Of a stretch of DNA of 64,000 bases, positions 25,779-35,853 are shown one piece after another; the first letter of the stretch is position 1; each line of letters starts with the position of its first letter. Below the pieces are notes generated by a model that worked only from the letters and a program-made list of their open reading frames with translations, did not search any database and was not told where the DNA came from. This DNA is from Desulfobacterales bacterium (GTDB lineage Bacteria; Desulfobacterota; Desulfobacteria; Desulfobacterales; UBA5852): contig CAXXVS010000003.1 in NCBI GenBank assembly GCA_963674755.2, positions 1,632,001-1,696,000 of the forward strand, written 5' to 3'. A program made the position numbers and the translations under genes.

Positions 25779-26240
25779 TCAGCCGATTTCAGGCATCAGG
25801 GCCCAGGCGATGCTCCAGCCGGTGGTTTCGGGGTGCGGCTTCAGGCAGACGATCCCGCCGTTCTGGAATTGGAACACGGACGTTTCCGGGTCGCCGGTCA
25901 CCAGCCAGCTGCAAAGACGTGCCATAAAGGGCAGGTGGCCTACCAGCATGAGGTTTTCCTTGCTGTCGATCAGGCCGGCCAGGGCGGTCACATCGTCCAG
26001 GGGGTTGAGGCCGGATTTGGCGTGCAGGCCTTCGGCGGGGGTCAGGGCCTCCGCCAAAATCTCCGCAGTTTCCCGGGCCCGCTGCTTGCCGCTGTGCAGA
26101 ATGCATCCCACGGACACCTTGTAGCCCTTGGCCACGCCGGCGATGCGGGCGACGGTGGCGCGCCCCGCCTCGGTCAGTCCCTTGGCCGGATCGACGTCTT
26201 TAGGATGGCATTGTCCGTGTTGAACAAGATATAGCGCCAT
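25779..26240 (-). CDS. sixA: Phosphohistidine phosphatase SixA
   Basis: LYLVQHG, HSGKQRARETA, MLVGHLP. Confidence 0.85.
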   Translation of the reverse strand: MALYLVQHGQCHPKDVDPAKGLTEAGRATVARIAGVAKGYKVSVGCILHSGKQRARETAEILAEALTPAEGLHAKSGLNPLDDVTALAGLIDSKENLMLVGHLPFMARLCSWLVTGDPETSVFQFQNGGIVCLKPHPETTGWSIAWALMPEIG

Positions 26241-26301
26241 GATGCGGATCCTCCTTGTGTTGGGATAAGGTTGGCGGTAATATACACGTTTTTATTGGGC
26301 G

Positions 26302-26418
26302 GTTCCGCAAAAAGCCCCCTATTGGCGTTGCACTTTACCGGGGTGTTTGCTGCAGCGTGCAGGTGTACGCCTTGCAAAACCCGGATTGCGCGCCTTGCTA
26401 TGGCCCTTTTTGCGAAAC
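26302..26418. repeat. Long imperfect intergenic palindrome (REP/MITE-like)
   Basis: GTTCCGCAAAAAG...CCGGG..TTTGC..GCGTGCA/TGTACGC..GCAAA..CCCGG...CTTTTTGCGAAAC nested complementarity. Confidence 0.55.
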
Positions 26419-26558
26419 TTCGCAGTTTACGGTTGCGTAACATCGTTTGAATTTACGGCTAACACCAAAAATATAACGCTCTTTTTTCGGATGACCAGTA
26501 AAACACCTTTGGCGGGGGCGGCCGTTTCCCGCTATCCCGCTGGAGTTAGGAGTTCGCT

Positions 26559-27482
26559 ATGCGTATCGTGACCCGACCGGATTTCGACGGAGTGGTCTGC
26601 GCCGTTTTGCTGCGGGACGCTCTCAAGACGGAATTGCCGATCCTGTGGGTCGAGCCCGGCGACGTGCAGCAGGGCCGGGTGGACGTGCAGCCCGGGGATA
26701 TCGTGGCCAACCTGCCGTTCCATACCAATTGTGCCATGTGGTTCGACCATCATTTTTCCAATACCGCCGGGCGCCCCTTCAAGGGGCTTTTTGAAATGGC
26801 GCCTTCCGCGGCCGGGCTGGTGCAGCGCTATTTCGCCGACCGGCTGACGCGGGATTTCGATGAGTTGGTCCGGGAAACCGATAAAATCGATGCGGCCGCC
26901 CTGTCTGAAGACGAGGTCCAGTACCCGGAGAACTATCCCTATGTGCTGCTTTCCATGACCGTTTCGGGACGCCGCTCCGAAGACGAACCCTATTGGAATC
27001 GACTGGTGTCGTTCTTACATACCGGTACCATGGACGATGTGATGGCCGATCCTGAGGTTCGCCGCCGATGTGCGCAGGTGGTGAACGACAACCGGCGCTA
27101 TCGCGACTATCTGCGGCAATGCACCACGGTCAAGGGCGTGGTGGCGGTCACCGACTTCCGCCCTTTGAAGGAAACCCCCCAGGGCAACCGCTTCCTGGTG
27201 TATTCCATGTTTCCCGAAACGGTCGTGCAGATGAAGATCCGGCGGGCAGATCGTGATCCGGAACGAGTTATCGTCAGTGTGGGGCACAGCATTTTCAACC
27301 GCAATTGCAAGGTCAACGTGGGCGCCCTGCTGGCGCGCCACCGGGGCGGCGGACACCCCGGGGCCGGTTCCTGCTCGCTGCCGGCGCTGCACAGCGAGGC
27401 AGCCATCGCGGCCATCCTGGAGATTCTGATGCGCAACACCCCGCTTGAAGACGTGCCGCCCGGGGAATCCTCGGCCCCGTGA
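26559..27482 (+). CDS. DHH-superfamily phosphoesterase (exopolyphosphatase/nanoRNase-like)
   Basis: RPDFDG, WFDHH, APSAA, GGGHPGAGSC. Confidence 0.8.
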   Translation: MRIVTRPDFDGVVCAVLLRDALKTELPILWVEPGDVQQGRVDVQPGDIVANLPFHTNCAMWFDHHFSNTAGRPFKGLFEMAPSAAGLVQRYFADRLTRDFDELVRETDKIDAAALSEDEVQYPENYPYVLLSMTVSGRRSEDEPYWNRLVSFLHTGTMDDVMADPEVRRRCAQVVNDNRRYRDYLRQCTTVKGVVAVTDFRPLKETPQGNRFLVYSMFPETVVQMKIRRADRDPERVIVSVGHSIFNRNCKVNVGALLARHRGGGHPGAGSCSLPALHSEAAIAAILEILMRNTPLEDVPPGESSAP

Positions 27483-28390
27483 CAACGATTCCGCAACGCA
27501 CCGGTACGCTGGTCTACGTAAAGCTGCTCCTGACGGCCATTTTCTGGGGGGGAACCTTTATTGCCGGGAAGGTGGTGGCCCAGCGGGTAGGACCCTATTC
27601 GGCCGCTTTTCTGCGGTTTACCATTGCGTCTGCATTCCTCTGCCTGACGGCCCTGAAGATGGAAGGACGCCTGCCGGTGCTCCGGCCGCGCCAGCTGCTG
27701 CCCGTCTTTCTGCTCGGTATGACGGGGGTTTTCGCCTACAATGTCTTTTTCTTCAAAGGGCTGAAACTGATCGAGGCCAGCCGGGCATCGATCATCATCG
27801 CCAACAACCCCATTTTTATCGCCCTGTTCTCGGCCTTGCTGTTCCGGGAGCGGTTGACATCTTTCCGCTTGGCCGGCATCCTGATTTCCATTGCCGGAGC
27901 GGTGGTGGTCATCACCCGGGGGGACTGGCACATGATCGGCAGCGGCGGCGTGGGCTGGGGGGAGGTGTTCATCCTGGGCTCCGTGGCCAGCTGGGTGACC
28001 TTTTCCCTGATCGGCAAAGTCTTGTTGGCCGAATTGTCACCCCTGGCTTCGATCCTGTACGCAGCCTTGAGCGGCACGCTTTGCCTGGCCGTGCCGGCCT
28101 GGCGGGAGGGGCTGTGGTCGGCCTGGCCCGGCTACACCGCGGCCGACTGGGTGTCCCTCGTCTATCTGGGCTTTTTCGGCACGGTGCTGGGCTTTGTCTG
28201 GTACTACCAGGGCATCCAACAGATCGGGGCCATGAAGGCGGGGGTCTTCATCAATTTTGTGCCCATCAGCGCTATCATTTTCAGTTTTCTTATCCTGCAC
28301 GAACCCGTGACGATCTCCCTGCTCTTCGGCACCGCCCTGGTGCTCACGGGGGTTTTTCTGACCAACCGGGAACCCCTGCCGCGCCGGTGA
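27479..28390 (+). CDS. DMT/EamA family transporter
   Basis: FWGGTFIAGK, about 10 TM segments, two EamA halves. Confidence 0.88.
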   Translation: MTTIPQRTGTLVYVKLLLTAIFWGGTFIAGKVVAQRVGPYSAAFLRFTIASAFLCLTALKMEGRLPVLRPRQLLPVFLLGMTGVFAYNVFFFKGLKLIEASRASIIIANNPIFIALFSALLFRERLTSFRLAGILISIAGAVVVITRGDWHMIGSGGVGWGEVFILGSVASWVTFSLIGKVLLAELSPLASILYAALSGTLCLAVPAWREGLWSAWPGYTAADWVSLVYLGFFGTVLGFVWYYQGIQQIGAMKAGVFINFVPISAIIFSFLILHEPVTISLLFGTALVLTGVFLTNREPLPRR

Positions 28391-28662
28391 ACGTCGTTAA
28401 ATCGGTCCCGCATCGATGGGCGCCATCCTTGTGAATTACATTCGGGCGCATTGAGACGCGTCTCCAGATGCTCCCCTAGGGCGGTCATGCTCCCATTTCG
28501 CGCCGCCTCGCGTCTCTTGCATGATGCCTTCTCTTTTGAAATAGGTTCTCCTCAGGGTTGATGCCATAGAATGCGGTGTAACCGGGATAGGGTTGCCGAT
28601 CGTAGCGGGATTCGGTAATACAAAAACAAGCGCCCTGCGATGGGGGGCTGGGGCGGATCTTC

Positions 28663-29178
28663 ATGGAAGCTCACAAGGGGGCGCTCGTGGATGCAAAAGA
28701 AGCTGTTCGTAAGCAGATCGCCACGCTGTTGTTCGAGCAACGTCTGGCAACCCTCTCCACCAGCAGCGCCGCCGGACATCCCTATGCCAGCCTGATCGCT
28801 TTCGACGCCGACCCCGACTTGACCGGGGTGGTCTTCGCCACCTCCCGGACCACCCGCAAATTCGCCAATCTTACCGCCAATTCGCATGCCGCGCTGCTGA
28901 TCGAGAACAGCCGCAATCTCAAATCCGACATCTACGAGGCCATGGCCGTGACGGTTCTCGGCACGGTGACGGAGCTGAGCGGCACCGCGCTGACAGCAGC
29001 GCTCGGGCGTTACATCCAAAAGCATCCTCACCTGGCATCGTTTGTCCAGGCGCCATCGACGGCGGTCTTGCGGTTGACCGTGGATGTCTACTACCTTGTC
29101 AACCGCTTCCAGAAGGTGATGGAATATCATGTCGGGAGACAAGCTGATCCTGCCGTTAGCCGCGAACCGTCCGGATGA
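28663..29178 (+). CDS. Pyridoxamine 5'-phosphate oxidase-like (split-barrel FMN-binding) protein
   Basis: LATLST..GHPYASLIAF..FATSRTTRKFANL. Confidence 0.8.
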   Translation: MEAHKGALVDAKEAVRKQIATLLFEQRLATLSTSSAAGHPYASLIAFDADPDLTGVVFATSRTTRKFANLTANSHAALLIENSRNLKSDIYEAMAVTVLGTVTELSGTALTAALGRYIQKHPHLASFVQAPSTAVLRLTVDVYYLVNRFQKVMEYHVGRQADPAVSREPSG

Positions 29179-29235
29179 CACGACCCTGGCCCGTTTGGAC
29201 CGCGAGGGGATCACGATTCCTTATAGGAGGAATGC

Positions 29236-30186
29236 ATGGAAGAGAAGATTAAAGTGGGCATCAGTTCCTGCCTCTTGGGCAACAAAGTGCGCTGGAACGG
29301 GGGGCACAAACGGGATCGCTATCTGGTGGAAACCCTGGGGCAGTTCGTGGAGTGGGTGCCGGTCTGCCCGGAAGCAGAGACCGGTTTGGGCATTCCGCGG
29401 GAAACCCTGCGCCTGGTGGGCGACGCGGAACATCCCCGGCTGGTCACGACCAGGACCGGCATCGACCATACGGATGCCATGCAAGCCTGGGCCCGCCGCC
29501 GGCTTCAGGCACTGGAAAAGGAAAATCTCTGCGGGTATATCTTCAAATGCGATTCCCCCAGCAGCGGCATGGTGCGGGTCAAGGTTTACAACGACAAGGG
29601 CCAGCCCGAGAAGAAGGGGGTGGGCATTTTTGCCCGGGCCTTCATGGATCATTTCCCCCTCATCCCGGTGGAAGACGACGGCCGTCTGCACAACCCGGCC
29701 ATCCGGGAGAATTTCATCGAACAGGTCTTCACCCTCAAACGCTGGCGGGAAACCCGATCCCGCCGCTCCTGCGTGGGCAACGTGGTGGATTTCCACGCCC
29801 GCCACAAGCTGCTGCTCATGGCGCACAGCCCCAAGCACCTGAAAGCCATGGGGCCGCTGGTGGCCGCCGGCAAGGGCCAGGCCTGCGGAAGCCTCTATCA
29901 GGCCTATGAGACGCATCTCCTGGAGGCGTTGCGACTCAAGGCCACCGTAAGCAAGAACGTCAACGTCCTCCAACACATGCTGGGGTACTTCAAAACGGAT
30001 CTCACGGCCGATGAGAAACAGGAACTCCTCGATGTCATCGACCATTACCACCGGCAGCTGGTACCGCTGGTGGTGCCCCTGACCCTGTTTCGGCATTTCG
30101 TGCGCAAGTACGCCCAGCCCTATCTGCAGCAGCAGACCTATCTGAACCCGCACCCCCTGGAGCTCCAGCTGCACAATCACGTCTAG
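29236..30186 (+). CDS. ybgA: YbgA-like DUF523 (TudS)-DUF1722 fusion
   Basis: GISSCLLGNKVRWNGGHK, PVCPE, VEDDGRL..RENF, FHARHKLLLMAHS, NVLQHMLGYFK, YLQQQTYLNPHP. Confidence 0.88.
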   Translation: MEEKIKVGISSCLLGNKVRWNGGHKRDRYLVETLGQFVEWVPVCPEAETGLGIPRETLRLVGDAEHPRLVTTRTGIDHTDAMQAWARRRLQALEKENLCGYIFKCDSPSSGMVRVKVYNDKGQPEKKGVGIFARAFMDHFPLIPVEDDGRLHNPAIRENFIEQVFTLKRWRETRSRRSCVGNVVDFHARHKLLLMAHSPKHLKAMGPLVAAGKGQACGSLYQAYETHLLEALRLKATVSKNVNVLQHMLGYFKTDLTADEKQELLDVIDHYHRQLVPLVVPLTLFRHFVRKYAQPYLQQQTYLNPHPLELQLHNHV

Positions 30187-30224
30187 CCGTTGGGTGGCGG
30201 TCGCACTTCGGGGGACAACGCTTT

Positions 30225-31748
30225 ATGGAAGACAAACCGATTCTGATGACCGGCGGCACCGGCTATGTGGGGGGACGTCTCATCCCGCGTCTGCTGGCGG
30301 CCGGGCATCGGGTGCGCGCCATGGCCCGGTCCCCCGAGCGGCTCTATTGCCGCCCCTGGGGACGCCATCCGGCCCTGGAAGTCGTGGGCGGGGACGCCCT
30401 GGACCGGGACGCTTTCCGGCGCGCGGCCGACGGCTGCGGCGTGGCCTATTATCTGATCCATTCCATGAATGCCCAGAAGGGGAAGTTCGCTTCGGCGGAC
30501 CGCACGGCGGCCGAAAACATGGTGGCGGCGGCCGAGGCCCACCGGCTGACGCGGATCATTTACCTGGGCGGTTTGGGGGAAAGGGACTACGAGGCCCTCA
30601 GCCGGCATCTCAAGTCGCGCCACGAGGTGGAGCAGATCCTGCAATCCGGGGCGGTGCCCGTCACCAACCTGCGGGCCGCCATGATCCTGGGTTCGGGCAG
30701 TGCCTCTTTCGAAATGCTGCGCTACCTGGTGGACCGCCTGCCCGTCATGGTAACCCCCCGCTGGGTGCAGACCCCCTGCCAGCCCATAGCGATCGGCAAC
30801 GTGCTGGACTATCTCCAGGGGTGCCTCGACACGCCGGCCACCATCGGCCAAACCCTCGACATCGGCGGGCCGGATGTGGTGACCTACCGCGACCTGATCC
30901 AGATCTACGCCCGGGAGGCCGGCCTGCGCCGACGGATTATTCTTCCGGTGCCGGTGTTGACCCCCTGGCTGAGCGCCAAATGGGTCCATCTGGTCACGCC
31001 GGTGCCGGCCTCCATCGCCCAGCCCCTGGCCGAGGGCTTGAGCATTCCGGTGGTCTGCGGCGAGAACCGCATCCGGGGGATGATCCCGGTGAACCTGGCG
31101 GACAGCCGCGCCACGATCCGCAAGGCCCTGGAGCACGTTCGCCAGGCCCAGGTGGACACCTGCTGGTTCGACGGCGGCGGCCGTCTGCCGCCCGAGTGGA
31201 CCACCTGCGGGGATGCGGCCTATGCCGGGGGCACGGTCCTGCGCGGGGGGCATCGCATCGTGCTGGCCGCTTCCCCGGAGGCGGTCTGGCAAACCGTCCG
31301 GCAGATCGGCGGCCGCAACGGCTGGTACTTCGCCGAGCCCCTGTGGCGGCTGCGGGGCATGCTGGACCGCGCGATGGGCGGGCCCGGCCTGCGCCGGGGG
31401 CGGCGCCATCCGACCGATCTGCGGGTGGGCGACGGCCTCGATTTCTGGCGGGTGGTGGCCCTGGAGCCGCCCCGGCGCCTGCTGTTGCTGGCGGAGATGA
31501 AAGCCCCCGGCGACGCCCTGCTGGAATTCCTGATCCGCTCCGAAGGTCCGCAGCGGGTGGCCGTGGATATGATCGCCCGTTTTCTGCCGCGCGGGTTGGC
31601 CGGTCTGGCATACTGGTACGCCTTGCTGCCGGCCCATCAGTGGCTCTTCGAGGGGATGCTGGGGGCGGTCGCCCGCCGTACGGGCCAGCGCGTGCTGGAA
31701 GGGCCTTACAAGATTGCGGTGGAGGATCCTGTCGCATGCCGACTCTGA
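30225..31748 (+). CDS. YbjT-like atypical SDR with DUF2867 domain
   Basis: TGGTGYVGGRL, YYLIHSM, ILGSGSASFEMLRYL, IGGRNGWY, LDFWRV, AEMKAPG. Confidence 0.88.
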   Translation: MEDKPILMTGGTGYVGGRLIPRLLAAGHRVRAMARSPERLYCRPWGRHPALEVVGGDALDRDAFRRAADGCGVAYYLIHSMNAQKGKFASADRTAAENMVAAAEAHRLTRIIYLGGLGERDYEALSRHLKSRHEVEQILQSGAVPVTNLRAAMILGSGSASFEMLRYLVDRLPVMVTPRWVQTPCQPIAIGNVLDYLQGCLDTPATIGQTLDIGGPDVVTYRDLIQIYAREAGLRRRIILPVPVLTPWLSAKWVHLVTPVPASIAQPLAEGLSIPVVCGENRIRGMIPVNLADSRATIRKALEHVRQAQVDTCWFDGGGRLPPEWTTCGDAAYAGGTVLRGGHRIVLAASPEAVWQTVRQIGGRNGWYFAEPLWRLRGMLDRAMGGPGLRRGRRHPTDLRVGDGLDFWRVVALEPPRRLLLLAEMKAPGDALLEFLIRSEGPQRVAVDMIARFLPRGLAGLAYWYALLPAHQWLFEGMLGAVARRTGQRVLEGPYKIAVEDPVACRL

Positions 31749-31976
31749 CCGTGTGGGGCGGCCTCTGCAATCTATTGCTTCCCGGGTCCGCATGCGTTCG
31801 GGATTGCCCGCGGTGAACAGATACCGGCCGCGGAGACGGGCTATGTTCCTCTGCTTCCGGGAAACCCGGGCTGGACGAACCCGGTCGTTTTCGTTATCAT
31901 GCCTTGGATTGTGTTGCCGCATTTATAATGCCTTTGACCCCCCTTGCAATGATCCGACCGACAGGAGGCGGCCTTG

Positions 31977-33482
31977 ATGAAATCTTTGGTGGCGACAACC
32001 GTTGCCCTATGGGTCCTGATGAGCAGCGCCGGCTGGTGCCAGGAAGCACCGCTGAGCGATGCCACCCAGGAATGCCTGGGGTGTCATGCCAGTTTTCACC
32101 CCGGCATCGTTGCGGACTGGCGTTCCGGCCGCCATGCCGTCGTCACCCCCCGGGCGGCCATGAGCGTCGAGGGGCCGGCCCGTAAGGTTTCCAGCACCAG
32201 CGTGCCCGAATCCCTGCAGGGTGTCGCCGTGGGCTGTGCCGAATGCCATACCCTGCGGCCGGAAGCGCATGCCGACACCTTCGAGCATAACGGCTACAAC
32301 GTGCACGTGGTGGTCAGCCCGGAGGATTGCCGGACCTGCCATACCACCGAAGTGACGCAGTACGCCGACAACATCATGGCCCATGCCTATGGCAACCTGG
32401 CGGACAACACCCTCTATCAGCAGCTCCAGCGCACGATTCTGGGGACGCCTGTCCTGGAGCACGGCCGGATCAAGGCCGCCCCTGAAAATGCCGACACCAA
32501 GGCGGAAGGCTGCTATTACTGCCACGGTACCGTTCTCAAGGTGACCGAAACCGAAGTGCGCGATACGGATGCCGGGGAGCTGGAGTTTCCCGTCATTGCC
32601 GGCTGGCCCAACCAGGGCGTCGGCCGCATCAACCCGGACGGCAGCCTGGGGGCCTGCACGGCCTGCCATCCCCGGCACAGCTTTTCCATGGAGGTGGCCC
32701 GCAAGCCATACACCTGCCAGGAATGCCATGTGGGTCCGGACGTACCGGCTTACAAAGTCTATATTTCCAGCAAGCACGGGAACATTTATGCCTCCCAGCA
32801 CAGTGCGTGGGATTTCCGGAAAACCCCCTGGACCATCGGCCAGGATTTCACCGCCCCCACCTGCGCAGTGTGCCACATCAGCCTGCTGGCCAACACCGAC
32901 GGCGACATCGTCAACGAACGCTCCCACGAAATGAAAAACCGCCTCTCCTGGCGCATTTTCGGTTTAATCTACGCCCATCCCCAGCCCAAATCGCCGGACA
33001 CCGCCATCATCCGCAACAAGGACGGCCAACCCCTGCCCACGGATTTCAACGGCGGTTTTGCCAGTTCCTTTCTGATATCCATGGACGAGCAGGACGCCCG
33101 CGCGGCCACCATGCAGGTCACCTGCCTGGGCTGTCACGACACGGCCTGGGTGCAGGGGCACTGGCAGCGCTTCACCAACACGATTCAGCAGACCAACAAG
33201 GCGACGCTGACCCTGACCGACATCATGAATGAGATTTGGACGCGGGGCTATGCCAAGGGCTTGGGGCAGGGGGAGAATCCCTTTAACGAGGCCATCGAGC
33301 GCCGTTGGAGCAATGCCTGGCTGTTCTACGCCAATACGGTCCGCTTTGCTTCGGCCATGGCCGGGGGCGGTGACTACGGAGTTTTCGCCGACGGCCGTTA
33401 CCAGCTGACCCGGACGGGCGCGGAACTGGAAGAATGGCTGGATCTGCACCGCAAGCTGGAGGCCCTGGCCATCAAACCTTGA
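31977..33482 (+). CDS. Octaheme cytochrome c, hydroxylamine oxidoreductase (HAO/epsilon-Hao) family
   Basis: Signal peptide; eight CxxCH motifs (CLGCH, CAECH, CRTCH, CYYCH, CTACH, CQECH, CAVCH, CLGCH); GVGRINPDGSLGAC, SKHG, APTC. Confidence 0.85.
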   Translation: MKSLVATTVALWVLMSSAGWCQEAPLSDATQECLGCHASFHPGIVADWRSGRHAVVTPRAAMSVEGPARKVSSTSVPESLQGVAVGCAECHTLRPEAHADTFEHNGYNVHVVVSPEDCRTCHTTEVTQYADNIMAHAYGNLADNTLYQQLQRTILGTPVLEHGRIKAAPENADTKAEGCYYCHGTVLKVTETEVRDTDAGELEFPVIAGWPNQGVGRINPDGSLGACTACHPRHSFSMEVARKPYTCQECHVGPDVPAYKVYISSKHGNIYASQHSAWDFRKTPWTIGQDFTAPTCAVCHISLLANTDGDIVNERSHEMKNRLSWRIFGLIYAHPQPKSPDTAIIRNKDGQPLPTDFNGGFASSFLISMDEQDARAATMQVTCLGCHDTAWVQGHWQRFTNTIQQTNKATLTLTDIMNEIWTRGYAKGLGQGENPFNEAIERRWSNAWLFYANTVRFASAMAGGGDYGVFADGRYQLTRTGAELEEWLDLHRKLEALAIKP

Positions 33483-33520
33483 CGTGCGCGATGCCGACGT
33501 CGCCTTCCCGGAGGAGATGC

Positions 33521-34903
33521 ATGGGGTCTGTGGACAGCCGCACACGGGTGCTCAACGACCGCGAGATTCGCAATGGCCGCTATGTGCTTTACTGGATGCA
33601 GCAGTCCCAGCGCACGGAATACAACGATGCTCTCAACGTCGCCATTCGCGAGGCCAACCGCTGCGAACTGCCGTTATTGGCGGTTTTCGGCCTGACCGAT
33701 ACCTACCCGGAAGCCAATCTGCGCCATTTCACCTTCATGCTGGAGGGCCTTCAGGAGGTCGCAGAGGCGCTCCGGCGGCGGGGCATCTCCCTGGTGGTGC
33801 GCCTGGGCAGCCCCCCCAACGTGGCGCTGAACCTGGGGCATGATGCGGCCCTGATCGTCTGCGATGCCGGATATCTGCGCCACCAGCGGGCCTGGCGGCG
33901 CAAAGTGGCGCGCAAGGCCGATTGCCGCGTCCTGCAGGTGGAAAGCGATGCCGTCGTCCCCCTGGCGGTGGCTTCCGCCAAGGCGGAGTACGCCGCCCGT
34001 ACCATCCGCCCCCGCATCAACCGGCATCTGGACCGCTATCTGGTGCTGCCGCGCTCGCCGTCCCTTCAGCACCGGGAACCGGAGATGGGGATCCCCGGGC
34101 TGGATCTGACGGATATCGAACGCGTCCTGCAGCGCCTCGACATCGATCGCAGTGTGCTGCCGGTGACCGCTTTTTTTAAGGGGGGAACCCGCGAGGCCAA
34201 AAAGCACTTGCGCCGGTTTATCGAAAAGGGACTGCGCCGTTACAGCGACCACCGCAACCAGCCCCAGACCGACGATGTCTCCCACATGAGCCCCTACCTG
34301 CATTTCGGCCATATATCGCCGGTTTACCTGGCCCTCAGGGTGCGCGATGCCCGGGAAGGATTGGGGGTCGACCGCGCCGCCTACCTGGAAGAGCTGATCG
34401 TGCGCCGGGAACTGGCCCTCAATTTCGTGTGGTATACGGAAGACTACGACCGCTATGCCGGTCTGCCCGAGTGGGCGCGCAAAACCCTGGCCGAGCATGC
34501 CGGGGACCATCGCCCCCATCTCTACGACCGGGAAACCCTGGAAGCGGCCGAAACCCACGATCCCTACTGGAATGCGGCCATGCGCGAGATGAAGCACACG
34601 GGTTTCATGCACAACTATATGCGCATGTACTGGGGCAAAAAGATCCTGGAATGGTCGCCTTCGCCGGAAGAGGCTTTCGTGACGGCCCTCTTGCTCAACA
34701 ACAAATATTTTCTGGACGGCCGGGACCCCAATTCGTATGCCGGTGTCGGCTGGGTGTTCGGCCTGCACGACCGGGCTTGGTTCGAGCGGCCCATCTTTGG
34801 CAAGATCCGCTACATGGCCGCCTCCGGTCTGGAACGCAAATGCGACATCCGGGGCTATGTGAAAAAAGTCGACCGGCGCACGGCCGGTCTGGGGGACCAT
34901 TGA
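33521..34903 (+). CDS. phrB: Class II CPD deoxyribodipyrimidine photolyase
   Basis: YVLYWMQ, SHMSPYLHFG, EELIVRRELA, THDPYWNAA, GFMHNYMRMYWGKKILEW, DGRDPNSY. Confidence 0.92.
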   Translation: MGSVDSRTRVLNDREIRNGRYVLYWMQQSQRTEYNDALNVAIREANRCELPLLAVFGLTDTYPEANLRHFTFMLEGLQEVAEALRRRGISLVVRLGSPPNVALNLGHDAALIVCDAGYLRHQRAWRRKVARKADCRVLQVESDAVVPLAVASAKAEYAARTIRPRINRHLDRYLVLPRSPSLQHREPEMGIPGLDLTDIERVLQRLDIDRSVLPVTAFFKGGTREAKKHLRRFIEKGLRRYSDHRNQPQTDDVSHMSPYLHFGHISPVYLALRVRDAREGLGVDRAAYLEELIVRRELALNFVWYTEDYDRYAGLPEWARKTLAEHAGDHRPHLYDRETLEAAETHDPYWNAAMREMKHTGFMHNYMRMYWGKKILEWSPSPEEAFVTALLLNNKYFLDGRDPNSYAGVGWVFGLHDRAWFERPIFGKIRYMAASGLERKCDIRGYVKKVDRRTAGLGDH

Positions 34904-35473
34904 ATGACGAAGGAGCGGGGCACGGCCCCTGAGGAAGAGAAAAAATCACCCATCGCCCAGGCCGGTGAAGATCTGTTCCATTTCGCCATCGAGCGGGAGG
35001 ATACGAAATGGCTGCTGCGCCGGCTGCCGGCCGAGGCGTCCGTCAAACCGGCGGCGGTGGAATACGAACTGCAGATTTTGAAAATCGTCAGTGTGGGGTG
35101 GAGCATTTCCTTTTTCCTGGCCGAGTGGCCGGAAAAACAGCAGCTGAGCGCCATTTTCTGGGAAGCGGTGCGGGAGTTCGCCCAGAATCTTTCCACGACG
35201 ACCGAGATCATGACCGGCCAATCCATTGACTACTTCCAGGTATTGAAAGATCGCCTGGACGGCTACCTGGAGGCCTTGCGCCGTCAACCGGAGGCCCGCA
35301 ATCCGGAGGCTGTGATCGGGCCGGAATTCGCCCGCCACTGCGGCAACGCCGACGATCTTTTTGCAACATACACCGGCGGACGCATGTTTCACGGGGCCAC
35401 CAGCCGGGTGCGCGACTATCTGCAAGCCGCCAACCTGCCGGCCACAGACGAGGGCAACCCCACCCGCCATTGA
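34904..35473 (+). CDS. Conserved hypothetical protein
   Basis: Starts immediately after the photolyase stop; coding-like composition; no motif recognised. Confidence 0.7.
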   Translation: MTKERGTAPEEEKKSPIAQAGEDLFHFAIEREDTKWLLRRLPAEASVKPAAVEYELQILKIVSVGWSISFFLAEWPEKQQLSAIFWEAVREFAQNLSTTTEIMTGQSIDYFQVLKDRLDGYLEALRRQPEARNPEAVIGPEFARHCGNADDLFATYTGGRMFHGATSRVRDYLQAANLPATDEGNPTRH

Positions 35474-35520
35474 TAAACCCGTAGCACCGCCCACTCCGTC
35501 AAAACGAGGAGGCTGCAACC

Positions 35521-35853
35521 ATGGCCTATGACGCCGCATTGGAAGCCCTTCTTGACCAAACCACCCGTTCCTGGAGGGGGGTCCGAAAGAAGAAGATGTT
35601 CGGGGGTGTGGTCTACCTGTCCCGTGGCCACATCTGCATCGGGATATGGCAGGATCACCTCATCCTACGGGCCGGCGCAGCGGCCGAGGCGATGATCGAC
35701 CGGGACGGCCGTTTCCGCCCCTTCGACGTGACCGGACGCGCCATGCAAGGGTGGGCCATGCTTGCGCCCGGCGGCTGGCAGGATGCCGGACTCCGCCGGG
35801 ACGCGATCGAAAAGGCCCGATCCTTCTGCCGGACCCTGCCGGACAAAGCCTGA
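35521..35853 (+). CDS. TfoX/Sxy N-terminal domain protein
   Basis: MAYD..KKMFGG..G..C.GI..LILR..RPFD.TGRAMQGW; GAGGAGG RBS. Confidence 0.82.
   Translation: MAYDAALEALLDQTTRSWRGVRKKKMFGGVVYLSRGHICIGIWQDHLILRAGAAAEAMIDRDGRFRPFDVTGRAMQGWAMLAPGGWQDAGLRRDAIEKARSFCRTLPDKA

Noticed and set aside
28440..28620. Hairpin GAGACGCG..CGCGTCTC and a GGGTTGCCGA string resembling a GEMM 3' end
   Set aside because: Lacks the P2/GNRA and GGAAAG core of a riboswitch
30183..31922. 579-aa minus-strand and 540-aa plus-strand alternative-frame ORFs
   Set aside because: Overlap the well-supported YbjT-like gene; low-complexity Arg/Pro/Gly translations
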